Of a stretch of 64,000 nt of DNA, positions 8,385 through 18,982 are shown piece after piece. Numbering within the stretch: position 1 is the stretch's first letter; each line of letters opens with the position of its first letter. The notes beneath the pieces were generated by a model, which worked only from the letters and a program-made list of their open reading frames with translations, searched no databases and had not been told where the DNA came from. Source of the DNA: Desulfofustis sp. GTDB lineage: Bacteria; Desulfobacterota; Desulfobulbia; Desulfobulbales; Desulfocapsaceae. Location of the stretch: positions 2,846 through 66,845 of the forward strand of contig JAJDNR010000080.1 in NCBI GenBank assembly GCA_022340565.1, read 5' to 3'. A program made the position numbers and the translations under genes.

Positions 8385-10901
8385 TCAGGATCGGTACCTG
8401 AAGTACACCCCCCCTTCCGGGAGCCGCTGCCACTTCAGATCGACGGGAAAGGGTTCAACCTCCCAGATTTTTTTACAATAGTCCCGGATCGAGCGATCCG
8501 ATGAAAACTTCCCCATGCGGGCCGAATTGAGAATCGACAACCTGGTCCAGTTGTGCCTGTCTCTATAGCTGCGGTCAACCTGCTCCTGGCAGTCGATATA
8601 GCTCTGGTAGTCGGCTAAAAGCATGTATTGGTCATCGTTGAGCAGGGAGTCTGTGATGGGGCGGAACAAGGCCTGATCACCGTTGGAGAAGTGGCCTGAG
8701 CCAATCAGGTCGATCGCTTCCTTTAATGCTTCGTTGTTGTGGTAATACTCCCGTGGGGTATAACCGGCCCGTTGAGTTTCCATCACTTCTTCCACCGTGA
8801 GTCCGAACAGAAAAAAATTCTCCGCCCCAACTTCCTCGCGGATTTCCACATTAGCGCCGTCCAGTGTTCCGATGGTAAGCGCCCCGTTCATCGAGAATTT
8901 CATGTTGCCGGTACCGGAGGCTTCTTTGCCCGCCAGTGAAATCTGTTCGGACAGATCTGTCATCGGATAGACCGTGTGGCCGATCTTGACGTTGTAGTTG
9001 GGAATAAAAAACACATTCAACCGATCCTTCATATCGGGATCATTATTTACCACCTCGCCGACCGAGGTGATCAGCTTGATGATGCGTTTAGCCATGAAAT
9101 AGCCCGGTGCAGCTTTGCCGCCAAAAACGAACAAGCGGGGGGTGATATCCAGAGTGGGATCGGCCTTGATTCGATTATAGAGGGTTACGATATGCAGGAC
9201 GTTGAGATGCTGCCGCTTGTACTCATGAATTCGTTTGACCTGGACATCGAACATGGCGTGGGGATCGACGATCACGTTCTGATGTTTGCGTATCAACTCG
9301 GCGAATTCCTGTTTGTTATCGAACTTTACTTTGTCCCAGGCTTCTATGAATGCGGGGTCTTCGGCGAGCTTTTCCAGGTGCCGCAATTCATCGAGATCGG
9401 TGAGCCATGTTTCACCTATTGCCTCGGTGATCAGTTTGGTCAGCCGGGGATTACTCACCGCAATCCAGCGACGGGGTGTCACCCCATTGGTCACATTGCG
9501 GATTTTCCCGGGAAACATGGTATTCCAGTCCGCCAATGTGTGTTTGCGTAACAATTCGGTATGTATGGCCGCTACGCCATTGATGTTCTTGGCGCCCACG
9601 CAGGACAGGTTTGCCATGCGCACATAGCGGGGCCCTGACTCATCGATTAAGGACATGCGTGCTACCCGCTCCTCGTCCCCAGGATATTTCTGCCGAACCG
9701 ATTCCAGGAACCGGTGATTGATCTCCAAAATGATTTCCAGATGCCGTGGAAGCAGCGATCCAAACAGATCTATCTGCCATTTTTCCAGAGCCTCCGGGAG
9801 TAAGGTGTGATTGGTGTAGTTGAGCGTTTTGCAGGTAATCTCCCAGGCATGATCCCAGTCATAGTAATGCACATCCACCAGCAGTCTCATCAACTCCGGC
9901 ACCGCCACCGCAGGGTGCGTATCGTTGAGCTGAACCGCGAAATCGTCAAACAAATTGTCCAGGTTATCGTTGAGCTGCAGGTGAATGTTAAGCATATTCT
10001 GCAGTGAGCAGGAGACAAAGAAATACTGCTGCTCGAGCCGCAGCCTCTTGCCCATGAATTGCTCGTCATTGGGATAGAGTACCTTGGTGATGGTTTCGGC
10101 CTGTATCTTGTCCTCCACCGCGCCGTAATAGTCCCCCCTGTTGAAGTCTTCAAAATCAAAAGAGGAGTGGGCCTCGGCACTCCACAGGCGCAGCAGGTTG
10201 ATGTTATTTACCTTGTAACCTGGTATGGGGGTGTCATAGGGAATTCCGGTAATGGCCCGGGCCGGGACCCAGCGGACACGTCGATATCCTTCATCTGTTA
10301 CATAGGTCTCGGTGTAACCGCCGAACCACACGTCACAGCTGAGGTCCGGTTTTTTTATCTCCCAGGGATTGCCCGGATGCAGCCAGCGATCACTGATCTC
10401 CTTCTGCCAGCCGTCGACAATCTCCTGGTCAAAGATCCCGTATTCATAGCGGATTCCATAACCAATTGCAGGGATCTGCTGGGTTGCCAAAGAATCGAGG
10501 TAACAGGCAGCCAGTCGTCCCAATCCGCCATTGCCGAGGCCCGGCTCTTCTTCATGCTCGATGAGTTCTCGCAGATTCAAACCGGTTTCTTCCGCTGCCT
10601 GAAGAAAATCGTCATAGAGGCCAAGATTTACCAAATTGTTGTGCAGGTGAGGCCCCTCGAGAAATTCTGCCGACAGGTAGCAGACGATTTTAGATTCTCG
10701 TTCGTTCAGTGCTTCCACCGAATTGACAAAAAGGTGCTGCATTCTGTCGCGAAGCGTCTGGGCGACGGATAGATACAAATCATTGAGGCTCGCATTACGA
10801 GCGGTTATGCCCTGTTTGTAAAAGAGATTATAGGCGAAGGCCCGTTTCAGTTTATTTATCCGCTCTTCCCGGTTCGAATCCGGCGTTGATGGTGTTTCCA
10901 T
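8385..10901 (-). CDS. glgP: glycogen/maltodextrin phosphorylase
   Basis: 838 aa with the PLP-lysine motif EASGTGNMKFSMNGALTIGTLDGANVEI and family-typical N-terminal blocks (LSAEFLEGPHLHNNLVNLG, GLGNGGLGRLAACYLDSLAT). Confidence 0.95.
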   Translation of the reverse strand: METPSTPDSNREERINKLKRAFAYNLFYKQGITARNASLNDLYLSVAQTLRDRMQHLFVNSVEALNERESKIVCYLSAEFLEGPHLHNNLVNLGLYDDFLQAAEETGLNLRELIEHEEEPGLGNGGLGRLAACYLDSLATQQIPAIGYGIRYEYGIFDQEIVDGWQKEISDRWLHPGNPWEIKKPDLSCDVWFGGYTETYVTDEGYRRVRWVPARAITGIPYDTPIPGYKVNNINLLRLWSAEAHSSFDFEDFNRGDYYGAVEDKIQAETITKVLYPNDEQFMGKRLRLEQQYFFVSCSLQNMLNIHLQLNDNLDNLFDDFAVQLNDTHPAVAVPELMRLLVDVHYYDWDHAWEITCKTLNYTNHTLLPEALEKWQIDLFGSLLPRHLEIILEINHRFLESVRQKYPGDEERVARMSLIDESGPRYVRMANLSCVGAKNINGVAAIHTELLRKHTLADWNTMFPGKIRNVTNGVTPRRWIAVSNPRLTKLITEAIGETWLTDLDELRHLEKLAEDPAFIEAWDKVKFDNKQEFAELIRKHQNVIVDPHAMFDVQVKRIHEYKRQHLNVLHIVTLYNRIKADPTLDITPRLFVFGGKAAPGYFMAKRIIKLITSVGEVVNNDPDMKDRLNVFFIPNYNVKIGHTVYPMTDLSEQISLAGKEASGTGNMKFSMNGALTIGTLDGANVEIREEVGAENFFLFGLTVEEVMETQRAGYTPREYYHNNEALKEAIDLIGSGHFSNGDQALFRPITDSLLNDDQYMLLADYQSYIDCQEQVDRSYRDRHNWTRLSILNSARMGKFSSDRSIRDYCKKIWEVEPFPVDLKWQRLPEGGVYFRYRS

Positions 10902-11320
10902 TATAGATCCCTGTTTTGTTGTGATTGCTTACCGCAGATCGTGATAACCCGGCATACCGCAAACCTATACTCAATGAACTAATCATTCTGTCAGGCGTTA
11001 TCAAATAGCTGATTATGGTATAGGTGATGAAGCAAAATGACCTCGTCCTTCCTGATTACCATCACGATTCGAGTTTTCTATGAGTCGAACCGTGCCGATG
11101 GAATATACTTTTTAGGCGCTTTTGCCCCGATTGTTAAATCATCAGGAAACATCTCCAGCGATGTGAGGTCCATACAAAATAGAAACCGGCAGGGGCGCCA
11201 GGGAGGGTGAATTCGCAATGCATTCAGGTATGTTTTTTTGAGTGCAGGATAACAGGGAGGGGTTACATTAAGCCCTAATCTTTCAAGGGTGAACAGATGA
11301 GAAGAAGGTCCTGCGATTTG

Positions 11321-12631
11321 ATGATCAAGAAATTACTTTCAGATTATCCGGTGCTCAGAGATATCATTGCGGCCAAACCGATTCTTTGGCTCAATCCGGT
11401 AAGAAAACCATTTGAAATTATTCAATCTCAACTCCCATTAGGAAAAGAGGATGTAGAGGATGCAGCGAATCGGTTAGAACGTTTTCGACCATACATTGAA
11501 CAAGCATTTCCAGACACCGCTCCTCGACGCGGTCAAATAGAATCGCCTTTAGTAGAAATTCCTGCCATGCAAAATTGGATGGGAGCGTTTTACGACCATG
11601 ATGTACCAGGAAGATTACTTGTTAAATTAGACAGTCATCTGCCCATATCCGGCTCAATTAAAGCACGAGGCGGCATCTACGAGGTCCTCAAATTTGCTGA
11701 AACTACGGCCATTGCTCATGGACTGCTCAAAATCACAGATGATTACAGACAAATAGACTCCAAGAATTTCCGCACATTATTTAATGGATTTTCCGTTATC
11801 GTTGGTTCCACTGGAAATCTCGGGTTGAGTATTGGCATTATAAGTGCGAAACTAGGTTTTCGCGCTACCGTTCATATGTCTGAAGATGCAAAACAGTGGA
11901 AAAAACAAATGTTGCGAACCATAGGAGTCACTGTTGTAGAGCATAAAGGCGACTATAGCCACGCTGTTGCCGAAGCTCGAGAGCAAGCAAAGGTTGATCC
12001 TCTCTGTCATTTCGTTGATGATGAAAATTCACAAGATCTGTTTTTAGGTTATTCAGTTGCTGCTGAACGGTTAAAGAGACAGCTGGCTGAAAAAGCGGTT
12101 CGGGTTGACAGCACCCATTCCTTATGTGTCTACCTTCCGTGTGGTGTCGGGGGAGGGCCTGGGGGCGTGACATTTGGCTTAAAATTAGCTTTTGGTGACA
12201 ACGTCCACTGTTTTTTTGCCGAACCAACCCAATCACCTGCGATGATGGTTGGCCTTTCTACCGGGCTTCATGAGCAAATTTCAGCCGAAGATCTCGGAAT
12301 TAAAAATAAGACAATTGCAGATGGCCTTGCCGTAAGCAGACCCTCAGGACTGGTATGCCGCATGATGAAACATCTGTTATCCGGGGTCTTCACGGTTCAG
12401 GATGATGAACTGTACCGCTTATTGGCATTCCTGGCAAAATGCGAGAATATTAGACTTGAACCGTCAGCTGTGGCTGGTTTTTCCGGAGTCTCAAAAATCC
12501 TTCGGGCGTGGGAGCAATTAGAAATTTCAGCCGACATGAATCATGCGACCCATGTAGTATGGGCGACAGGTGGTAGCATGGTGCCCGATGATGTATGGAA
12601 CGCATATTATGCTCAGGGATGCCTTCAGTGA
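11321..12631 (+). CDS. dsdA: D-serine ammonia-lyase (D-serine dehydratase)
   Basis: DSHLPISGSIKARGGIYEV is the DsdA PLP-lysine block. The N-terminus MIKKLLSDYPVLRDIIAAKPILWLNP aligns with the E. coli DsdA N-terminus. An alternative start lies at 11297. Confidence 0.9.
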   Translation: MIKKLLSDYPVLRDIIAAKPILWLNPVRKPFEIIQSQLPLGKEDVEDAANRLERFRPYIEQAFPDTAPRRGQIESPLVEIPAMQNWMGAFYDHDVPGRLLVKLDSHLPISGSIKARGGIYEVLKFAETTAIAHGLLKITDDYRQIDSKNFRTLFNGFSVIVGSTGNLGLSIGIISAKLGFRATVHMSEDAKQWKKQMLRTIGVTVVEHKGDYSHAVAEAREQAKVDPLCHFVDDENSQDLFLGYSVAAERLKRQLAEKAVRVDSTHSLCVYLPCGVGGGPGGVTFGLKLAFGDNVHCFFAEPTQSPAMMVGLSTGLHEQISAEDLGIKNKTIADGLAVSRPSGLVCRMMKHLLSGVFTVQDDELYRLLAFLAKCENIRLEPSAVAGFSGVSKILRAWEQLEISADMNHATHVVWATGGSMVPDDVWNAYYAQGCLQ

Positions 12632-12746
12632 AACAAGTCGTACCCTCTGACCGACCCTGCCTCACAGCGCCGTCCCCGAATTAGCGTACCGCCATTGTAC
12701 TGCATCCGTTCAGTGAACCACCGGATCAAGCAGAGCGTATACGAGG

Positions 12747-13658
12747 TTATAGAGAATACAATTTCTCAAACCAGTCCGTAAACCGGTCGTCGTTGCCGGC
12801 CATTATTTTTTTCATCATCTCTGAGACGTTCTTGGTCACCGGGCCTGGGGCCGGCAACCTCCGGTCTTCAAATCTAGAAATCGGTATGACCTTGATGCCG
12901 GAGTGGCAGGAAAACATCTCATCTGCGGTAAACAAATCAGCTTTTTCAAGCGGGCATTCTTCAACGGCAAATCCGTCGGCTCTGGCGGCAGTCAAGATGG
13001 AATCCCTGGTGATACTGGCCAGGATATTGCCCAGGGGCGGCGTTTTCAGGACTCCGCCCTTGACGATAAATACGGATTCAATTGAACCTTCGGCCACTTT
13101 GCCGTCGCACGTAAGAGTCAAACCCAGATCGAATCCCCGGTCGTTGGCGTCCTTTCTGACCAGGTATCCTGGAAGGTAGTTGGCACAGGCCTTGGCCATG
13201 ACCGGCACGGCTCCCGGGTCTGGTTTATGCCACTTGGAAAGGCAGGCCGTAATGGGAGTATCATCGTCCAGCCCCAATTCCGGTGATTCCGGAATCGTGA
13301 AGATCGCTATGTCCAGGGGTGATCTCAAAACCAGATTGATAACGGCCTCTTCTCCCCAATATCCGATTACTTTAATTAAACTGCGTGTAATCCCGTTGAT
13401 CTCGCACATCCGGGCCACACCCTGTTTGATCTCATCAAAGGAAAAGGCGATCTCCATCTCCAGAAGCCGCAGGGTCTGCTCCATGCGCTTCATATGGGCA
13501 TCCATCCGGAAGGTAGCCACATCACCGCCCACGACATGGGTGCCGAATGCCTCGAATATGCCGGATCCTCTGGAAAGACCGTGGGACAGGACCGGCACAC
13601 GGGCGTCCTGCCAGTCGATGATGGTATTGTTCAGCCATACTTTTGGTTTATCGTTCAT
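12747..13658 (-). CDS. aminotransferase class IV (branched-chain/D-amino-acid aminotransferase family)
   Basis: 303 aa with fold-type IV blocks: AKACANYLPGYLVRKDANDRGFDLGLTLTCDGKVAEGSIESVFIVKGGVLKTPP...ILASITRDSIL...ADEMF. Confidence 0.85.
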   Translation of the reverse strand: MNDKPKVWLNNTIIDWQDARVPVLSHGLSRGSGIFEAFGTHVVGGDVATFRMDAHMKRMEQTLRLLEMEIAFSFDEIKQGVARMCEINGITRSLIKVIGYWGEEAVINLVLRSPLDIAIFTIPESPELGLDDDTPITACLSKWHKPDPGAVPVMAKACANYLPGYLVRKDANDRGFDLGLTLTCDGKVAEGSIESVFIVKGGVLKTPPLGNILASITRDSILTAARADGFAVEECPLEKADLFTADEMFSCHSGIKVIPISRFEDRRLPAPGPVTKNVSEMMKKIMAGNDDRFTDWFEKLYSL

Positions 13659-13738
13659 GGATGAGAGCTCTTCAATTCAGATAGTTTTTTAGACAGAGAG
13701 GAGCGGTTTGCTGGCACCAAACCTCTTTCCTGTCACAT

Positions 13739-15070
13739 TTACCACGCTAAAAACCACGGAACTTCCGGCACCGCCTTGGGCATCAGCAGATGCGGCAGGG
13801 TCAGGGACAGAGGCGGGAAATAGGTGGTCAGCAGCATAACGGGCAGAGACACTGTACAGATAAAGAGCAGCTGCGGTTTGATCAGCCGTTCTATGGGACA
13901 GTTGCCGACCCGGGCCGACAGATACAAAATCGGCGCGGTGGGCGGCGTCTTGTTGCCAAGCCCCAGGTTGGTGCCCATGATGGCAGCAAAATGAACCGGA
14001 TGGATCCCGATTTCCGTGACCACCGGAAAGAGCAGGGCCGCGGCAAGAATGGTACCGCTGAAGTCATCCATGATCATACCCAGCAGCAGCAGGACGATAT
14101 TGACCAGCAGCAGGATCATGTACCGGTTTTCCGAAATACCGAAAAGCGCGCCAACGATCTTCTGGGGGATGTTCTGCATCACGTACATTTTGCTGAGCAT
14201 CATCACGAAAAAGACCATCAGTACGATAACGCCGGTCGTGGTCACCGACGTAATAAGGGAATCTTTCAACATGTTCAGGTTCATGGTCCGGTAAATGAAA
14301 AACCCCACGATGATACAGTAAATGGATGCGACCCCGGCCGCTTCCGTAGGGGTAAATACCCCGCCGTAAATGCCGCCCAGCACGATAACCGGCAGCAACA
14401 GGGCCCAGAATCCCTTTTTTACCGCAACGCCGAATTCTCTGGTTTTTTCTGCAACGGTTGCCGGCGGCAGAACTTTGATGGGAAGTTTTCTGACTACACA
14501 CCAGTTAACGAAACTGTACAGAACCACCATGATCAATCCCGGGATGACCGTCGACAGAAAGCAGGCCGCCACCGACTGCCAGGTTACCCAGGCATACAAA
14601 ATCATCGGTACACTGGGAGGTATGAGCTGACCTTCTACCGACGCCGCGGAAATAATGGCTGTGGCATGGCCACGGGGATATCCCCGCTCCACCATCCTGG
14701 GGATCATAATGCTTCCCACCGCAGCCACGGCAGCGGTACAGGTGCCGGAAATGGCGCCGAACAGCGCGGAACTGATTACCGATACGGTGCCCAGTCCGCT
14801 TTTGGTGCGGCCGAACAGGGCATCGGATACGGCTACCAGCCGTGCGGCGATTCCGGTGGTGCTCATAATGCCGCCCATGAGAATGAAAAAAAGCACGCAG
14901 AGCACCGCCAGCGAGTTGATCTGATGAAACCCGGTGGAAACCAGAAAGACCGGGCTGAAGCCCCCGGTGGTGACCATCATGTAGAAGACGGCGGCCATAA
15001 AGCAGAACGGAACCGGAACCCCGAGTACCATCAGGCCGAGCAGAATAACCAAATCGATGACGACGTTCAT
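13739..15070 (-). CDS. dctM: TRAP transporter large permease
   Basis: 443-aa polytopic protein. Its start overlaps the DctQ-like stop by 4 nt, and the gene order P-Q-M matches TRAP systems. Confidence 0.9.
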   Translation of the reverse strand: MNVVIDLVILLGLMVLGVPVPFCFMAAVFYMMVTTGGFSPVFLVSTGFHQINSLAVLCVLFFILMGGIMSTTGIAARLVAVSDALFGRTKSGLGTVSVISSALFGAISGTCTAAVAAVGSIMIPRMVERGYPRGHATAIISAASVEGQLIPPSVPMILYAWVTWQSVAACFLSTVIPGLIMVVLYSFVNWCVVRKLPIKVLPPATVAEKTREFGVAVKKGFWALLLPVIVLGGIYGGVFTPTEAAGVASIYCIIVGFFIYRTMNLNMLKDSLITSVTTTGVIVLMVFFVMMLSKMYVMQNIPQKIVGALFGISENRYMILLLVNIVLLLLGMIMDDFSGTILAAALLFPVVTEIGIHPVHFAAIMGTNLGLGNKTPPTAPILYLSARVGNCPIERLIKPQLLFICTVSLPVMLLTTYFPPLSLTLPHLLMPKAVPEVPWFLAW

Positions 15071-15606
15071 ATCTCCTGGTCCTTTTTGTCAACCAGAGGG
15101 AGAAAGATCTCTTTTTTCCCAATGGATAATAAGAAATTATCGATCAGTTCGAGACTAAAATAAAAAGCCATGAGGATCGAGCCGAAAAACACCGCACTCT
15201 GGCAGATGATTTTCGGTAGGAGCAGGGCCTGGGAGGTTCCGCCCTTTTTGAGTTCCCAATGAAAATACGGGTAGGTCCAGGTTACCAGGATTACGGCGAG
15301 GGCCACGGTAAAGATACTGGCCGTGGTTCTCAAAACCGCGAGGGAACGCTCGCTCTTGCACCAGATATTGATCAGTTCGGCCTTGATATGGCTCCGTTCA
15401 TAGGCCCCATATGCAGCCCCCATGAAATACAGCCACATGCCGATAAACAAAATCAACTCTTCAACGCCGAACAGCGGAGAACCCAGCACATAACGCAGAA
15501 AAACTTCAACAAAAATCAGTATACCGACGATCGTGCCACCGCCAACCATGATACATTTCTGGATGAACAAGGGCACCTTCCATAAAAGCAAGGCAAGTTT
15601 CTTCAT
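15067..15606 (-). CDS. dctQ: TRAP transporter small permease
   Basis: 179 aa with four hydrophobic segments, lying between the DctP-like and DctM-like genes. Confidence 0.85.
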   Translation of the reverse strand: MKKLALLLWKVPLFIQKCIMVGGGTIVGILIFVEVFLRYVLGSPLFGVEELILFIGMWLYFMGAAYGAYERSHIKAELINIWCKSERSLAVLRTTASIFTVALAVILVTWTYPYFHWELKKGGTSQALLLPKIICQSAVFFGSILMAFYFSLELIDNFLLSIGKKEIFLPLVDKKDQEI

Positions 15607-15697
15607 ACGTTTTCACACGTACAAACCAGGCAAGAAGCGGGGCCTCTTGCCTGGTTTGCATGAGTTGACTGATCGTCAGTGTTCTCTATCGCCGGTT

Positions 15698-16723
15698 TTA
15701 TTTAACAGGCATGCCAACGTTTTCACGACACTGGTCGACGAGCCGTTTGCCAATCAATTCTTCCAGTTTCGGCCACACTTCAGTCCGTACCTTTTCGGCA
15801 AAGCCTTTGAGTTGCTCATCCGTGGGAATGAGAACCTTCATCCCGTAGTCAGCCATCTTCTGCCGGTATTCCTCATCTTCCTTCAGGAAGTAATCCCAGC
15901 GGCCGTCAACCTGTTTCTGGGCGGCAGCCACCAGTACGTCCTGATCTTCCTTGGTCAGGGAGTTGAATTTCTCGAGATTCATGAAAAACCAGAATGGTTC
16001 CAGAAAATCGTTGGTCTGGATCCACACCCCCTGGATATCGCGGAACTGGTATCCCTGGAAGGGGGGGCCGCCGCTTTCGCCGTCGGCAACGCCGCGTTCG
16101 ATGGCACTATAGGCTTCACTGTAGGGAATCGTGGAAGGAATGTACCCCAAGGCTTCCCAGGTCAGTTGGCAGGCCTTAAGCGGCATAACCCGGATTTTCA
16201 TCTTGTTGGGCTTCATTTCCTGCCACCCCACAGGCTCTTCCTTGGTGGTCACACCTGCCCATCCGGCAGGATAAATGGCAAGTCCTTTGATGCCCTGTTC
16301 TTCCAGCAGGGCGTTCACCATGTCATAAACCCAGCCGCCCACGTTGTAAGCGGCCTTGGCTTCCTCCGTGTTGGTAAACATATACGGCATGTAGTATCCG
16401 ATATTCAGGCGGGGATCATAAGTGGGAGCAAGGGGCAGCAAACCCATGTCGACGTCGCCGCGCATGATGTATTCATTCACATCCACCCAATCGCCCAGGA
16501 CACTGCCGGAATAGACTTCTATTTCGATCCGGCCTTCGGTTTTCTCCTTTACTTCCTCTGCAAAAGCCACGCATCTGCGGTGATGATCACTGTCTTCCGG
16601 CATGGTTTGAGCCAGGCGCCATTTGTACTTATAGTCGGCGGCAGAAGCCATCCCTAGCAAACCAGTGCACAAAAACGCGAAGAATCCCATAAACATCACC
16701 AAAAGTTTCAGCTTTCGAATCAT
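15698..16723 (-). CDS. dctP: TRAP transporter substrate-binding protein
   Basis: 341 aa with a signal peptide (LLVMFMGFFAFLCTGLLGMASA) and a DctP-type periplasmic domain. GGAGG RBS upstream. Confidence 0.9.
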   Translation of the reverse strand: MIRKLKLLVMFMGFFAFLCTGLLGMASAADYKYKWRLAQTMPEDSDHHRRCVAFAEEVKEKTEGRIEIEVYSGSVLGDWVDVNEYIMRGDVDMGLLPLAPTYDPRLNIGYYMPYMFTNTEEAKAAYNVGGWVYDMVNALLEEQGIKGLAIYPAGWAGVTTKEEPVGWQEMKPNKMKIRVMPLKACQLTWEALGYIPSTIPYSEAYSAIERGVADGESGGPPFQGYQFRDIQGVWIQTNDFLEPFWFFMNLEKFNSLTKEDQDVLVAAAQKQVDGRWDYFLKEDEEYRQKMADYGMKVLIPTDEQLKGFAEKVRTEVWPKLEELIGKRLVDQCRENVGMPVK

Positions 16724-16979
16724 GATTACCTCCTTTTGTGATTAAAGGCGTTGCATCAACGATTCCAGCAGTGCTACCCCCGTAGCTGAAATCATGTGAT
16801 GCTGCCTGTTTATAGTGTGCGGCACATTCGCCGCGGGGATTTTATGCGTAGCGCCGGTAGTCGCTTTTCAGTTTTACTGACATGTTACTTCATTTCCACA
16901 GAAAAAGAGACTCTAAATATGTTCCAGGAATCCTTTCTCACCACATTGCAATTTCGGGATATTGTCCGATGCGTTTTAC

Positions 16980-18206
16980 TTATGCATCGCTCAGCAGCGG
17001 GGCCAGCATCCCGTAATATCCGCGGCAGGCCTGCTGCAACTGGTATATCTCGATATACTCATCATTGATATGGGCCTGATGTTCAGCTGACGGACCGAAC
17101 CCGATCGTTTTTATTCCGGCTTCCCCGGCGTAATGGGAACCGTTCGTGCAAAACGAATAGGTCGTGATGTCCGGATCAAGCCCGGCGGATTGGAGTCCTG
17201 TAAGGGCTGACCGAATAAATGACTCCGTTTCATCATAAAGCCAGCCGGGAAAAAATCGGCGGGCACTGATCATTTCACCGGTGTAGCAGGTTTCCGTCCC
17301 CTCGGCATAGACTGCCCGGGCCTTGAAATCCGGGTTGCCGGCCTGCAACTCGTCAATGAGCGTGCGGATCGGTTGAAGGACCGTGCCTTCAGTCTCATTG
17401 ACCAGCAGACGACGGTCGAAGGTACACCGGCAGCAGGCCGGGACAACAGACAGCCCGGGATAGGGGCTCGATTTGATATCGGTCAGTTCGAGAATCCCCC
17501 GGCCTAGCACCGGATGTTCACTGACTCTCAGACTTCGGACAGCATTCAGCAAGTTCATCATGTTATAAACGGCATTTATCCCGGCCTGGGGATTGGATGA
17601 ATGAGCCGGTTTGCCGAACGTTTCCATGACGATCTCGGCCCGGCCCCTCTGACCGCGAGCCAGGTTGAGGTTCGTGGCTTCGCAGATCACCACGATGTCC
17701 GGGTTGACCCGTCTACTGATACGGCGGGACGCAATCCCTTCGAAAGATTCTTCGTGAACCCCGGCAGATATCACGATCTGGCCGGGGAAATCGTTGCCAT
17801 GGTCTTCTAGGTAACTCTGAACCGCAACAATGACGGCGGCCAGAGCTCCCTTCATATCCGCTGTCCCCCGCCCGTAAATCCGGTTGTCCGTGATCTTCCC
17901 GCCGAAAGGTTCAGAGGCCCATGCATCCTGATCCGTTACCGGCACGGTATCGACGTGGCTGTCGAACAAAATGGTGTTGCCGGCTCGTTTCCCTGCGAAC
18001 CGGGCGGTCAGGCTGCCGTATTCATCAATAAGGATGTCCGGGCATCCGCTCTTTTTGAACAGATTCTCGAGGTAACCGATGACCTGTTTTTCTTCACCGG
18101 AGCAGCTTTTGATGCGCACCAGTTCGGCGCACAGATCGGTGAGGTATTTTAGACGTTGTTCAGAAAGCATTGGTCTGCTCCATTGGCGGTCTCTGGAAGA
18201 TAGCAC
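16980..18206 (-). CDS. YgeY-like M20 family metallo-hydrolase
   Basis: HVDTVPV, GRGTADMKGALAA and RGQRGRAEI blocks, plus a C-terminal FCTNGSHYAGEAGIKTIGFGPSAEHQAHINDEY that closely parallels E. coli YgeY ([32 protein letters not shown]). Confidence 0.8.
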   Translation of the reverse strand: MLSSRDRQWSRPMLSEQRLKYLTDLCAELVRIKSCSGEEKQVIGYLENLFKKSGCPDILIDEYGSLTARFAGKRAGNTILFDSHVDTVPVTDQDAWASEPFGGKITDNRIYGRGTADMKGALAAVIVAVQSYLEDHGNDFPGQIVISAGVHEESFEGIASRRISRRVNPDIVVICEATNLNLARGQRGRAEIVMETFGKPAHSSNPQAGINAVYNMMNLLNAVRSLRVSEHPVLGRGILELTDIKSSPYPGLSVVPACCRCTFDRRLLVNETEGTVLQPIRTLIDELQAGNPDFKARAVYAEGTETCYTGEMISARRFFPGWLYDETESFIRSALTGLQSAGLDPDITTYSFCTNGSHYAGEAGIKTIGFGPSAEHQAHINDEYIEIYQLQQACRGYYGMLAPLLSDA

Positions 18207-18466
18207 TGCCTGAATCTTCTGAAGGCTGCTATGGGAAAAAAGGGATACGCGACTATCCCCAGAACTCTGCTTGACTGTATCACATTTCTTGCCGGGGCCC
18301 TAACGATTCGTTCAGTCCCGGCCTTTTTCGAACTGTTGGCGGTTACTGCGCAAACGAACGGAATCGACTTTGTCTGCAAGGCCGTCGAAAATGTCAAAAT
18401 GTTAGGGAGCCAGCGTGTCGAACCGTTCTCGTTGAGCAGTTCAGCCAGCACCAAAGCCCGAAGGCT

Positions 18467-18982
18467 TTATCCTTGCGATCTCTTCTGATATGCCACTGAC
18501 ATGTCGGGAGTGCGCGACAGGGTCTGATACACCACGCAATACCGCTCGGTCAGTTTGATGAGTGACTCCAGTTCGTCAGGCGTCGCATCACTGTCAAGGT
18601 CGAAGCGCAGACGAACCGTTTTAAAACCGACAGGGGCTTCCCTGGAGACGGACAGGGTCCCACGAAAATCAAGATCTCCTTCAGCGCTTACCGTGGCATC
18701 TTTGAGATCGACCCCGATTGCTGTGGCAACCGCTCGCAAGGTGACTCCGGCGCATGCAACCAGGGCCTCCAGCAGCATATCGCCCGAGCACGCTGAGAGA
18801 CCGTCTCCCCCGGTGGCCGGGTGAAGCCCTGCCTCGACCAGCGCCTTTCCTGTTTCAACCTTGCAGGTGATTCCCGCTCCGATTCGGCCCCGGGCCTTGA
18901 GAATAACCAGCGCTGTTTCAGGTTCTTGCCGGTATTTCTCTTTGAGGGGAGACTGCAGCGCTTTCAATTCATCGGTATCCAT
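18467..18982 (-). CDS. OsmC family peroxiredoxin-like protein
   Basis: OsmC fold signature with two Cys (GLSACSGDMLLEALVACAGVTL). Start moved to MDTDELKAL at 18982; the track ORF extends to 19066. Confidence 0.85.
   Translation of the reverse strand: MDTDELKALQSPLKEKYRQEPETALVILKARGRIGAGITCKVETGKALVEAGLHPATGGDGLSACSGDMLLEALVACAGVTLRAVATAIGVDLKDATVSAEGDLDFRGTLSVSREAPVGFKTVRLRFDLDSDATPDELESLIKLTERYCVVYQTLSRTPDMSVAYQKRSQG

Noticed and set aside
13790-16657. Long plus-strand ORFs 13790..15163 (457 aa) and 15533..16657 (374 aa)
   Set aside because: They are antisense to the clearly recognisable TRAP dctM, dctQ and dctP genes. Their composition is dominated by R, G, H, Q and P, typical of shadow ORFs in GC-rich coding DNA.
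16752-16767. Sigma-54-like element TGGAATCGTTGATGCA on the minus strand upstream of dctP
   Set aside because: GG-N10-GC spacing is correct, but the -24 half is poor. The element lies only about 29 nt from the ATG, leaving a very short leader, and no sigma-54 activator is encoded in this cluster.
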